NCBI RefSeq assembly: GCF_027921745.1
Contig: NC_079239.1
Location: 806,001 to 870,000 of the forward strand
Source of the DNA: Schizosaccharomyces osmophilus
Lineage: Eukaryota
Length of the DNA: 64,000 bases
Direction: 5' to 3'
Below are positions 48,201 to 59,332 of the stretch, piece after piece. The notes under the pieces are model-generated. The model saw nothing but the letters and a program-made list of their open reading frames with translations. It was not told the DNA's origin and did no database searches. Each line of letters starts with the position of its first letter. The first letter of the stretch is position 1. The position numbers and the translations under genes were made by a program.

Positions 48201-50251
48201 ACAAAGGGGCAAAGACCGTGAGATTGGCTTTTTCCTGTTTACAGCTAATATGTACCGACTTTTTGGGCTCATTGGACATGGATAACTATCTTGATTTGCT
48301 GGATACGTTACTTGTGTTTTGTCGACAAGAAAAGGATGCCAATGTATCACTCACTGCAGTCGGATTGTTTTGGATTGTTTCGGATACATTAAAAAGCATG
48401 TTTAGTAAGTCCGACTGTTCTTGTACTTATACTTCCTTGGAAGAATTATATATGTTCACCACCACGAAGAGAAGAGACATTTTGCCAGAAGTATTATGGA
48501 TTATGCTACTTGTGCATCTAGCAGATTTGTGTGAAAATTCATGGGCCAGTGTGAGAGATGGTGCTGCTCAAATACTATTTCGAATTTTCAATTCTCAATG
48601 CTCAAACCTGGGAATCAATGCATGGGCTTCCTGCTGTCAACTTGTTATTTTAAAGATTCTTTCATCACAAACAAAACTTGCAAAGGCAGCACTGAACAGT
48701 GATGTTCATAATGAAGACGCTGAGCAAACGAGTGCTTTAATAATTAGCGGTATAGCTAATGTATTTTCAGCAAACATGGACATGCTTTTAAAGGTGGAAG
48801 GAATTTTGAATGTTGTGAAAGAGACGTTCAAATTTATGCAAAACTTTCATAACGGTAACTATAAACGTATTTGCATGAGTAATTTTAAAGCGTTGAGGGA
48901 GCTGGCCTTCCATTCGTCTCAGTACAAACAAAAATCATTGATCTTCAACGAATTGGTCGAACTTGAATTCGAAAATTGGATATCTTTCTGTGAACTTTCT
49001 TTTGACGACCCTGTCATAAGCGGTTTACCTCAGGAAGGTCTCAAATTACTCGTTGAATGTTTGTGTTATTTATTAAAATCATATCGGTTTGAGGAAGAGA
49101 AGCTCTTTCCCGCGTCAACAAGGATACGTAAAATTATATTTTATGAAGCAAGTCCATCATATGCCTTGGACATAGACTTCTTATCTTCGTTACAGGAAGC
49201 GACATTTGCATTATTAGATTGCTTGATTGAAGAATACAATCAGGAAGGTATAGTCGTCGACATTTGGGCTGACATATTATATTATGCATTTCATGAAGAC
49301 AAGTTATCACCAAACTCGTTACCGACATATATTTGCTTTTCGAAGAAAATATTAGAACGAGTGAAACAAATTACTGCGGAGAAGAATCTGCCTATGCTTG
49401 TTTTATCGCACTTTTTTGACTCGTTATTAGTACCTATGAAATTAAAATATCGATGTCCAAAGCCGAGCCGTATCATTGAGAACCAAGCACCTATCTGGAC
49501 AATTGCGAGCTCAGTATTTGTTGATTTGATTACAAACTGCTTTTTACGACTTGAAAGAAAAGATGCGTTGGAAGAAAATGATCAATTAAAGGTGTTATTT
49601 GACTTTTGCGTGAAAGCTATGCGATCGGCTGTATATCCAGATATAAATTACGAATTTGTTTGGAGTCTTGAAAAGACTTTTGAAGAGCAAGACGTCAATT
49701 GCATAAAAGCGTTACATTCTCTTTGGAAGCCATATCTGCATTCATCTTCGTTATCGGCCCAGATTCGGGAATATTTTACGGTGTTTTGTAAGGGATCCGT
49801 TCAGTACCAAATGCGGGAAACTGAACCTATGGTGATATGTTCAAATGAGGTTGAGGTACAAAAAGAAACAGGGTATGCTTACTTTCCTTCGACGGAGACG
49901 CCTATACCGAATTGCCGTCCGCGGGTGGCAGAGCTTTGCTATTCGATTTTGTTGCAAGAATGTCAGTCGTCCTTTGAACAAGTTAGAGAGGAGGTGATGC
50001 TTATGTTACAAAGTCGTATATGTTGGTCTTTGAAAAGGTACATGGCAGATCGATTTGTATCGGGTTTGCTTCCGTTGGCAGATTGTCAAAAGGAGGATAT
50101 GGATAAAGTGACCGAATGTGTTTCGTCGGAACCCATCTTGTTTTCAAGCTCTGTTCGGTCCCTCTTGCGACGTGCTTATTATACTATGAACGCACTTCCC
50201 GTATCTAGTAATATGAATTTAAAGATTGGCGAATTGACTTTAGGAAAATAA
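45287..50251 (+). CDS. mon2: Mon2/Ysl2 Sec7-related scaffold with short 5' exons
   Basis: DVQLRILQ, NAASATLRQ, FGLELIESIL, AFSCLQLICTDFL, NVSLTAVGLFW. Upstream exons begin MNLYENLISFLNSLSLDSRKKNADLKK. Confidence 0.9.
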
Positions 50252-50953
50252 AACTGGATCAGAATTTAATTGCTTGCTTAATGAATGAGATGCCTAATGA
50301 AATGTCAGTTTCATGAACAAAGAAGAACCCACTTAATGAAACGACGTAAACCGTAAATATTTTCTTTTCACTATTGTTTTTTCTTACGTTGGCATATGTA
50401 ATTTGTATGGATTGATTTACAATATCAAACGGAATCCTAAGCCATTTTCATTTGATAACCAATTTCATTGGAAAGAAGATGCCACACAAAGAGAAGTAAT
50501 CAAAGAACCGTTACGTTACACACATACAGACATGAAACAAACCTTCAAAAATATTCAAAGAAAAAACAATTATCTTTATATTTCCAAAAGGACCATGGAA
50601 GATCAATAAAGATTTTTTTTGTTTTATTTTTATTTTTATTATTTACTATTTATGTTTTGTTTATACTAGCAAAAGGCTCGGGTAAGGCACGGCTGTGAAT
50701 GTGAATGAGACGGGATGACACCATAGCTAACCTACGATTAACTAACCGAATGCGGAGAAATATGATTCAAAAAGTAGGTCATCCTGAGGTCAGGTATATG
50801 GAAACTAGGACTATATAAGAGAGACGAAACAAACAAGAATATCTTATATCAATTGCAGTTAAAATTCAAAGCATTCTTTACGTTGTTTTTCTTTTGAATC
50901 ATTTAATTTAAAAAAAACCAACCCTACCACATTCCTTACGGTTACAGAGCAAA

Positions 50954-51434
50954 ATGAGTGCCGGTACAACAACTGAAAAGAAGATTCCTCCTCCTGTCGC
51001 TGAGTCAAAGCACGTTGGAAGACGCATGTTTGAGAACCAAAATGATCCCAGAAATGTATGTGTCACTAGTTTTGCTAGTCCTAGTCCTAGTCCTAGTCTT
51101 AGTATTTGTATTTGTATTTGTTGCTACAATTGTACTTGCCTTAGGACAGTTGCTAATCCATGTCTTTTTTAGACATATCCAAAAGAGGAACTTCCTGAAT
51201 CCTACAGAGTCTTGCCTCCTGGAACATTCAGTACAATGGACTATCGTGATGAGAGGTAAGTTTAACAGCGCTCCACACAAAAGGACACAGAGAAGCAAAA
51301 ATACGTTTAAATTGATGTGAAAAATTTGAAGTTGAAGTGTTTGAAGAATGGAACGGATGACTAACGTCTTTTGTTTTAGAGTCAACTTTCACACCGATGC
51401 AGATGGTACTATTACCTATGTAACTCGGGGTTAA
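50954..51434 (+). CDS. 79-aa peptidase inhibitor I78-family-like protein (exons 50954-51055, 51173-51255, 51380-51434)
   Basis: Spliced product ends [35 protein letters not shown], matching the I78 pattern RVxxPG..TMDYR..R.N..D..G....V..G. Both introns are canonical. Confidence 0.85.
51075..51121. repeat. Compound hexamer microsatellite (CTAGTC)4 then (TATTTG)3 in an intron
   Basis: Read directly; it explains the low-complexity spurious ORFs at this site. Confidence 0.85.
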
Positions 51435-51744
51435 GAAGAGCAGTGTCATGCTATATGTCTTTTGATGAAAGAAATCTAGTCGTTATGAGATTTGTAATGA
51501 AATAAGTTTAAGATAAATCATGCTTTCATCTGTATTTTTCTTGTAAAGAATTGTAAAAAAACCTATAAAGGATAGGAAAGGGGAGTGACGATAGTACTGG
51601 AACATGCTCAATAGGTGTGAAAGCGTAAGAAACAGAGTCTTTCCTTGGAAAAAAACTGGAACAAAGCAAAGAAAGGGCGGTTGCTTTGAAAAAAACCAAA
51701 AGGAAACACAAAAGGGATTGCCTAGTTGTCGATTTCTCAATTCT

Positions 51745-52187
51745 TCAAGGATTGCGATATGCTAAGCCAAGAACATAGGATTCTTTTTCATGCACTAAGA
51801 TTCTCTTGTTTGTTTTAGGAATGTACAAGACTTCCGAAGGAACTGAATTCGTCCATTCACAGACGAGCCGTTCTTCTTCTGGTGAGATTGTCCCAGCGAC
51901 TATATAGCAGAGGATGAATTAGCTTTTTGTTCAAAGAAAGTATGTACATGGAGGGAATCCTCTTGGATACACATGATTTTGGATCGATTGTTCCGAGAGG
52001 AAACAAGAGCATTTCATTCTACATACCTGCAACGGCAAGGCCATTTCTAGTCAACACAGCTCCGGAGAATTTCTCATTTACACTAGAATCATAGTTAGTT
52101 TTCCTAAACCTTTGGGCCTGCGCAATAGAATAGACTACAAACTTGAACTTACCACTTGTTGAGTTCTTGAACCAAGTTTCCCTCCAT
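51745..52187 (-). CDS. lam4: 81-aa Ragulator small subunit, LAMTOR5-like (exons 52187-52153, 52082-52027, 51899-51745)
   Basis: Spliced MEGNLVQELNKCVNEKFSGAVLTRNGLAVAVAGTISPEEERLVCEWTNSVPSEVLYIPKTNKRILVHEKESYVLGLAYRNP*. Introns GTAAGT/CTAAC/TAG and GTATGT/CTAAT/TAG. Name from resemblance to LAMTOR5 and recalled synteny. Confidence 0.8.
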
Positions 52188-53477
52188 CCTGGTGGTTGAA
52201 ACAATCAAAAAAGTGAAAAAAACGAAAAAAGAAAAGACGAAATGATTACTAACAATCAATGAATGGCATGAAACGAAGGAAAACGATCAAAGTCACTTGG
52301 GTTTTGTAAGGACGAACGAGAGTTGAAACGAGATCTTCCTGGGTTTCGGTATGTAGCTATAACGGAACGATTTGAAACCAAGCTATGAAATTTGCAGTTG
52401 TTGTTGTAATTGTTTTTACGATGAAATGTGTTTATGATCTGCTTGTTCTATTTGTTTGCTGAATAGAATAGGCAATTCTTTTGTTTTCACTCATGTAGTC
52501 ATGTTCACAGAGAACAACAACAAAAAGTAGGAGAATAGCAAAACGGAAGAGAAAACAAAGTCATTTGTAGTATGTATATAGCTGAACATAAAAAAAAAAT
52601 TAAAAAATAAACATGAATCTCAACTCAAAAGGCAAGTTTCATCAGTGGATGCTTTCACTTGGACGCGATGTTACATCAAGACTGTAATTGCTAGTACTAG
52701 AAATTCATAAATAAAGGTTCATCTGTTGACATTTTGTTAAAACAGTCGACAAGAGCATTCGTTCTATACGATTGATCATACTAGTCGACATTCGGATTCA
52801 AGAACAGTATATCAATCAACGCGCTTTGCTGGTCTGTCGCATAAAGCAAAACAACTATAATAAGAGGCTCGTTGAGAGTCATTGTTTCAATTCAAATCGA
52901 ACCTTCCAACAAATCTACCATAAAATTGATTCAAACAATCAAGCCAATGGAACCAATCCTCAAGACGAGTGTTTCAAGAGTTGCAAAGCAGATATTTACA
53001 TTTTTTCATAATCTTTATAGTAAGTTTCTTGCTTGATAATACCAAGCAAGGAAAATAATTTTATTTTACTTTATTTTACTATTATTTTTTATTTACTTAT
53101 TTAAAGCAGGTACAGATGCGATATTTCGTCTCGTGCGGATTCTTTTTTGTGGAAAAAAGACCAACTCTATGAGACTGAAGAAAATGACTATCAAGTCGAA
53201 GAAGTCCGAATCGAAATGTTCAGCAAAAAAACATACATGGATTGTAACTTTTGACACGTACTACTCTACTCGTAAACAAAAAAGTTATGAGGGAAATAAT
53301 TACTGTTTTCATCCATAAGAATATTTTATTAATTCGTTCATATTGTATCTTAACTTACCATAGTTCCTGTACAAAGATACTTGGAGCCGAGCGAAAGAGA
53401 AAAAGCTGCAACTTCATCGCCAAAGAATAAGAGTTCTGCGCTGCTTTTCCACATGATACATCACCACCGCGGGACAT

Positions 53478-54365
53478 TTAATCGAGATCGACAGAGGCTT
53501 CGGCTGGTAATTTCGCAGCAAGACTCAAAATTGGAGTAAATACCTCCACGGGAAAGAAAGACGCCATACGAACAGTCTGAGAATGTTGGCCTGCCCAGAG
53601 CTGAGCAGGAAGAACTCCTTTCCTAAACAGTTGGTACCAATGGCCCCTCGCCACCACCTTCCCATATACTTCTTCTGCATACTGTTTCGGCGTTACAGTA
53701 GCTTTGTCCGCCGGCCTGTCAGCAGACAAAAGTTGGTCTCTGTACGGATAGTATATTGAGTTTTCTGAAAAGGTATTCTCGTCTAAACTTGAATCCTCTT
53801 TCTCAAAGATACCCGTTGAGATTAATCCTGTCATAACGCTCGTCACTTGCACTCCGAAAGGAGCTAGTTCAACGCGGAGGGTGTTGGCATAGGATAACAA
53901 GGCTGCCTTGGACGCATTATAAGAAGAACTAAACACGAATGGTACATAGGAAACAAGTGAATTCGTGTGCACAATGGTTCCTTTGGCCCGAATTAACTGT
54001 TTTTGAAACGCCGTGTTCGTTCGCATAGGTCCATACAAATTGACCTCCATTAGCTTGTGTACTTTAGGAATTTCAAGGTCAATGGCTGCTGCTACTATAG
54101 AGATTCCAGCGTTGTTGATCAGATAGTCTAATTTCCCTCCCGTTTCACTTCGCACTACTTTCTCTGCTTCACAAACTGACGTCGTATCTGTAACATCCAT
54201 TAGAATGGTACGAATACCCATCTCCTCGAGATTGCGCATGGTTTCAAGTTTGCGCGAAGTAGCAAAGACCTTGAAACCTTGTTTGTGAAACTCAATTGCC
54301 AATGCATTTCCTATCCCTCTTTCACTGCATCCTGTTATAAGGACATACTTTGTATCCTTCATCAT
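53478..54365 (-). CDS. ayr1: Short-chain dehydrogenase, 1-acyl-DHAP reductase
   Basis: TGCSERGIG, NNAG, YNASK, LRVELAPFGV. Confidence 0.88.
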   Translation of the reverse strand: MMKDTKYVLITGCSERGIGNALAIEFHKQGFKVFATSRKLETMRNLEEMGIRTILMDVTDTTSVCEAEKVVRSETGGKLDYLINNAGISIVAAAIDLEIPKVHKLMEVNLYGPMRTNTAFQKQLIRAKGTIVHTNSLVSYVPFVFSSSYNASKAALLSYANTLRVELAPFGVQVTSVMTGLISTGIFEKEDSSLDENTFSENSIYYPYRDQLLSADRPADKATVTPKQYAEEVYGKVVARGHWYQLFRKGVLPAQLWAGQHSQTVRMASFFPVEVFTPILSLAAKLPAEASVDLD

Positions 54366-54578
54366 GAATTACGTCCTTTATAAATTGTTGTTAATGTTAA
54401 GTCAGATCCTCGCTAAGTCAATCAAGGAAGCGAATTCTTAAGGAAAAGGTCCCAAGGTCCAATTCTTCTCTTGAACATCAAAAAGAGCACTTTTTTGTTA
54501 AATGCAGCTTCAACTTGCCATTTCTGATCATGTCCCTTTTCTTGTTTCTTGAAATGTCCACTTCTCACGCTGCTCCAT

Positions 54579-54592
54579 GTAAACAAACAAAA
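54579..54592 (+). promoter_or_regulatory. FLEX (Mei4) element in the ayr1/eng2 divergent promoter
   Basis: GTAAACAAACAAAA, with further TGTTTA cores near 54611 and 54693. Confidence 0.7.
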
Positions 54593-55095
54593 ACGGAATC
54601 TCCTCTTTATTTGTTTATATTTTGGATTTCCAATATGGATTATCCCTTAAAGATTGGTCGTTCAGTCGGACATAAAGCGATCATTCCATGTTTGTTTATA
54701 TGGTTTGTCATTACGTATACAGCAATCCATTTGGTTATATAAATGACCGTGAATCTACTTTTTTTAACCAGAGCCAACCTTCTCCTTTCTTTTGAGCTTT
54801 CATTACTTTTATTTGGATTTCCTTCAACAAACAAGTCTTCATTTCGAAATCGTTCAATTCACTATTCCAACAAGATATTTGATTGTGTAGTAATTGTATT
54901 CCGAATTCAAGATATTTGTTAAAGGAATCATCCTTTCTTTTCACCGAGTTCTTCCCAAACTCGACAGCAGCTTTTGTCATCAACCATATCTTATTGATTC
55001 CGCCCTTAGGAACCAATACTAAAAAGCATTTATATATCCTCCATAATCTTTTTGATAAAAAAACCTTCTTTTAAAATACCTTTTTGAATTCAACA

Positions 55096-57216
55096 ATGAG
55101 TGTCTTGTCGCCTATTGCTACTGGCGCTCCTAGTTCCACCTTCCCTCAGATTGATCATCCTTTACAACCCAAGGGAATTTCCGTCTCTGATAAACCCATC
55201 CAAACTAACAAATACTATGGTAACTTTTTCTTGGAAGACCAAAAGTTTCCAAACTTTTCTCAACCATACTCGTTGACATGGCGGAACAAGGATGATAACT
55301 TTTCTGGTATGGGAATCAGTCAGACTGATGCTGACCAGTATACTTACGGACCTGATGCTAGCAAGGATCCAGTTGAGTTCTACATCAATCCCGCAGGACT
55401 GTTCTCAATAATCGTTTCTGCAGATGAATTTTCTTCCGGAAACACCCTTTCCGCTACTGATTCTCGCCATTTTTCCGTTCAAGTTACCCTTGAGCCCTCT
55501 GAATCAAACTCTGGAAGCATTACCTTTCCCATTGTTACCGGAAGTGCATTCATCAGTTCCATCTACAAGAATTTGACACCTGTCTTCAACTCCACCATTT
55601 CCGTCAAGTCCCTCGAGAAGAGCGACTTCAGTGGTGGTTCCAAATACAAGGTAACTTTGAACGATAACAAGCTTTGGCTCATTTATGCGTTCCCTTCTGA
55701 CTCTAGCTCCTTCGATTTGAAACAAGATAGCAACAGCAAGTTGACTGCCTCGTCTAAATTTAACGGACTTGTTCAAGTCTGCAAAGTTCCCAATGCTAGT
55801 GTCAGTGACGGTTCCGGTGAGAAAACTTTTGATCAGTATGCTGGTGTTTATGCCACTGGCATCACTTTGAGTGCTAATGTTTCCAACAATACTGGTGAAT
55901 ACTGGTTTAGCTTTGACAAGGCTGGTGACAAATCCAAGAGCCCACTAGTTTATGCTCTTCCTCACCATCAAAGTACCTTTGGTTCTGATACTCAAGGAGC
56001 CAAAACGGGTATGGCTCTACAGAGCACTGTCATGGGTGTTATGATTGCTTATGCTGCAGACAAGTGGCATTTGGTGGAAGACAACCTCCCAACAGATGTT
56101 GAGTTTGTCCCACTTCCTTGGAATGGAGGGAAATCGAACTACTCTGATCAAACTTTGAATGCTATCAGGTCGGCCTGCGAAAATGACATAAAGTTTGATG
56201 TCGTGACGGCCTCAGATACAAATAGTATGTATGCATCTGGTAAAATCTTGGCAAAATACGCACAAGTTTGCTTGGTGGCCTCCAAGATTTTGAAGGACGA
56301 CAACTTGACGAATACTGGTCGTGAAAAGTTGCAGCAAGCCCTTCAAAAATTTGTCGATAACAAAGAACAGTTCCCTCTTAACTTTGATAAAACTTACAAG
56401 GGTCTCATTAGTACCGCTGGTCTCAAGGAACCTCTTGCTGACTACGGTAATACTTACTACAATGACCACCATTTCCACTATGGCTATCACATTTATGCAA
56501 TGGCTGTAGCTGGATCGTTGAATTCTGGTTGGATTAAGGATCCTCAAACTGACTTTGTCAATGATCTGATCCGTGATGCATCAAATCCTGTGGAAGATGA
56601 TGAATACTTCCCATTCTTCAGATCCTTCGATTGGTTTGCTGGCCACTCTTGGTCTAAGGGTTTGTTTGCAAGTGGTGATGGTAAAGATGAAGAGTCAACC
56701 TCTGAAGACTACAACTTTTACTACGCTATGAAGCTCTGGGGATTGGTTAAAAACAACAACAACATTATCAATCTAGCAAATTTGATGCTGGGAATTATCA
56801 GAACTAGCATGAATGCTTACATATATATCACCCCTAAAAATACTATCCAACCCAAAAAGATTCGTGGTAATTATTGTGCAGGAATCACCTTTATGAACAA
56901 GGTTGACTATACTACCTACTTCGGTACCGATGAGTACTTAAAACAAGGAATCCACATGATTCCAATCACACCAATTAGTGGATATGTTCGTACTCCTTCA
57001 TATGTGAAGGCAAGCTGGGATGCTAAAATCGCTCCAATTATAAATAACTTTTCGAACAATTGGACCGGTATTGTTTATTCCAATTATTCTATTACCGATC
57101 CAACTGCTGCCTGGAAGGAATTTACTTCGGACAACTTTAAGGACGAGAATATCGACGAAGGTGCTTCAAGGACATGGTATTTGGCATTGGCAGCTGGTAT
57201 GGGTGCTACTCCTTAA
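55096..57216 (+). CDS. eng2: GH81 endo-1,3-beta-glucanase with no signal peptide
   Basis: PIQTNKYY, YNDHHFHYGY, FDWFAGHSWSKG, DEESTSED, GASRTWYLA. Confidence 0.92.
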   Translation: MSVLSPIATGAPSSTFPQIDHPLQPKGISVSDKPIQTNKYYGNFFLEDQKFPNFSQPYSLTWRNKDDNFSGMGISQTDADQYTYGPDASKDPVEFYINPAGLFSIIVSADEFSSGNTLSATDSRHFSVQVTLEPSESNSGSITFPIVTGSAFISSIYKNLTPVFNSTISVKSLEKSDFSGGSKYKVTLNDNKLWLIYAFPSDSSSFDLKQDSNSKLTASSKFNGLVQVCKVPNASVSDGSGEKTFDQYAGVYATGITLSANVSNNTGEYWFSFDKAGDKSKSPLVYALPHHQSTFGSDTQGAKTGMALQSTVMGVMIAYAADKWHLVEDNLPTDVEFVPLPWNGGKSNYSDQTLNAIRSACENDIKFDVVTASDTNSMYASGKILAKYAQVCLVASKILKDDNLTNTGREKLQQALQKFVDNKEQFPLNFDKTYKGLISTAGLKEPLADYGNTYYNDHHFHYGYHIYAMAVAGSLNSGWIKDPQTDFVNDLIRDASNPVEDDEYFPFFRSFDWFAGHSWSKGLFASGDGKDEESTSEDYNFYYAMKLWGLVKNNNNIINLANLMLGIIRTSMNAYIYITPKNTIQPKKIRGNYCAGITFMNKVDYTTYFGTDEYLKQGIHMIPITPISGYVRTPSYVKASWDAKIAPIINNFSNNWTGIVYSNYSITDPTAAWKEFTSDNFKDENIDEGASRTWYLALAAGMGATP

Positions 57217-57693
57217 AGTGGCGCCTGTGCTACGAAGAGACGTTTAACTTGAATGAAAGTAATGAAAGAAAGGACTGTTATCAACAGGAAGGCTCAGCAC
57301 TCTCTTAACTGAGAATGCTTTTATGACAAACCGCTAAGGATTAGTCTAAATGAATTTACATGCTAATTGTTACGGCAAATTTGGCAGTTTTAACACAACA
57401 TTGAGGATTTAGGCATGACTGTAAACCTTTTATTCCATTCTTGTAATTTTTTCTAAAAATATAAAATAAATGTAGTAGTAACGAAATTACAGGTACTTTA
57501 AGGTAAGTTTTGAAGGATCCTTTGCTAGCTGTTAAGTAGATGATGCCGAAGTAGGCATTGCACTATACATAAGCGTAGATCAAGAGTGATATTATACTTA
57601 AGTAAGCGGTCCAAATACCAAAGTAACTTTTTACAGAATTTGTGTAAAGAAGAGATCAAAAAAAGATTTTAATACCGCTTTTCAGTGACGGCA

Positions 57694-59055
57694 ATGAGTA
57701 GGAATTCTGCTAATCTTGGTAAGAAACCTTAGAAGCGATTTGTCCAAGTTTTCGTTATTAATGGAAGGAAAAGCTAACAAACATGTTTATTAGTCGAGAT
57801 TCCGGCCTTGGTTATAGATCCTGGAACATGTTCGACACGCTTTGGTTTTGCTGGTGAAGAAACACCTGAGGTTATACTCCCATCTAAGTACGGTGTTTTG
57901 CAAGGAAGCAATGGAGATAGAAAAAATATTATAGACGAGTTACAGATTCATGCACCCATCCCTGGTATGGAGATTACCAACGGTACAAACGATGGGATAA
58001 TTCAAGATTGGGAGTCTACATTACAAATATGGAATAAAGGACTGAAAAACAAATTAAAAGTTGACCCAACGGAGTATGCCATGATGATTACAGAACCGAG
58101 CTGGAATACTCAAGCTGTTCGTCAACAGACGATGGAAGCAGTATTTGAACAGCTTCAGGCACCTGCGTTTTATCTAACCAAACAAGCTGTTTGTGCTGCT
58201 TTTGCAAGTAATAAAGCAACGGCTTTGATTGTTGACCTTGGCACTGATAATGCCACTGTAACACCTGTTGTCGATGGCATTGCTGTGCGAAAAGGCATCG
58301 TAAAGCAACTTGTTGCTGGAAATTTTTTGAATGCAAATATCAAAAGTTTATTCTCTAAAATGAACATAAACGCTGTACCTCACTATCAGGTAGCCAGGAA
58401 ATCAATCGTTATTGAATCTTCCAGACCCGGAAATGCAGAAGAGGTGAAGCCAGCAGTTTTCTATGATCCGATTGACGGTTTAACAGATTCCTATAAAGAG
58501 TTTAAAAATAAACGAATAGTTGAAGAATGGAAAGAAAGCGTCCTGGAGACGTTAGAAACTCCATTTGATGAATTTAAAGCATCCACAAAGAACCCCAAGC
58601 ATTTTGAGTTTCCCGATGGCTCAAACTATCAATTTGGCGTCGACCGATTTCGTGTTGGTGAAATCTTGCTTAACCCTAGCTTTGCTTCTAATGATTCCTC
58701 TGAAAGTACCCCTCCGGAAAATGCTGTTGGGCTTCACAACCTGGTGTACCAAAGCATTGTCGCATGCGAAAGCGAGTTACGGTCACAGTTATTTAATAAT
58801 ATTGTTTTAACGGGTGGTACTTCACTCATACCTGGTCTTACAGAGAGACTACAAGGTGAGCTTCAAAGACTAGCTCCGGGAAACCGAGTCAATGTACACA
58901 CTAGCGGAGATTCTACTTATCGAAGTAATGCTTCATGGCTGGGAGGCTCTATTCTGGCGAGTCTCGATAACTTTCAACATCTATGGGTTTCAAAACAAGA
59001 GTACGATGAAGTGGGAGTAGATAGAGCTTTGTTTGTAGAAAAAAGATGCAAGTAG
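57694..59055 (+). CDS. arp42: Nuclear actin-related protein of SWI/SNF-RSC; intron 57719-57793
   Basis: ALVIDPG..RFGFAGEE, ITEPSWN, LTGGTS, WLGGSILASL. Short first exon MSRNSANL. Confidence 0.85.
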
Positions 59056-59332
59056 GAATTATAGAATTCTGCAAAACAGAAGAAAAATGCTTTTCAAATA
59101 TCTTCTACGATAATAATATTCGTTCATTCATTTTTCTGTTAGCTATACAATTTAAATAAATGCTGTAAAGTAGTAGTATACTTATTCTCTCTTTATTTCT
59201 CGTATCGGAGTCTCACCGCTATAGACGATACAAAGAAAAGTAATAGGAATAATGAACCTAAAGAATATGAATTATTAAATGGAGTAACACACGGATATAA
59301 GTACAACGAACGAAAAAGGCAATGGCTCCTTA

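Noticed and set aside
50958..51449. Low-complexity ORFs (LVLVLVFVFV, TRTRTR, CICIC)
   Set aside because: Produced by an intronic microsatellite; the spliced I78 gene explains the locus.
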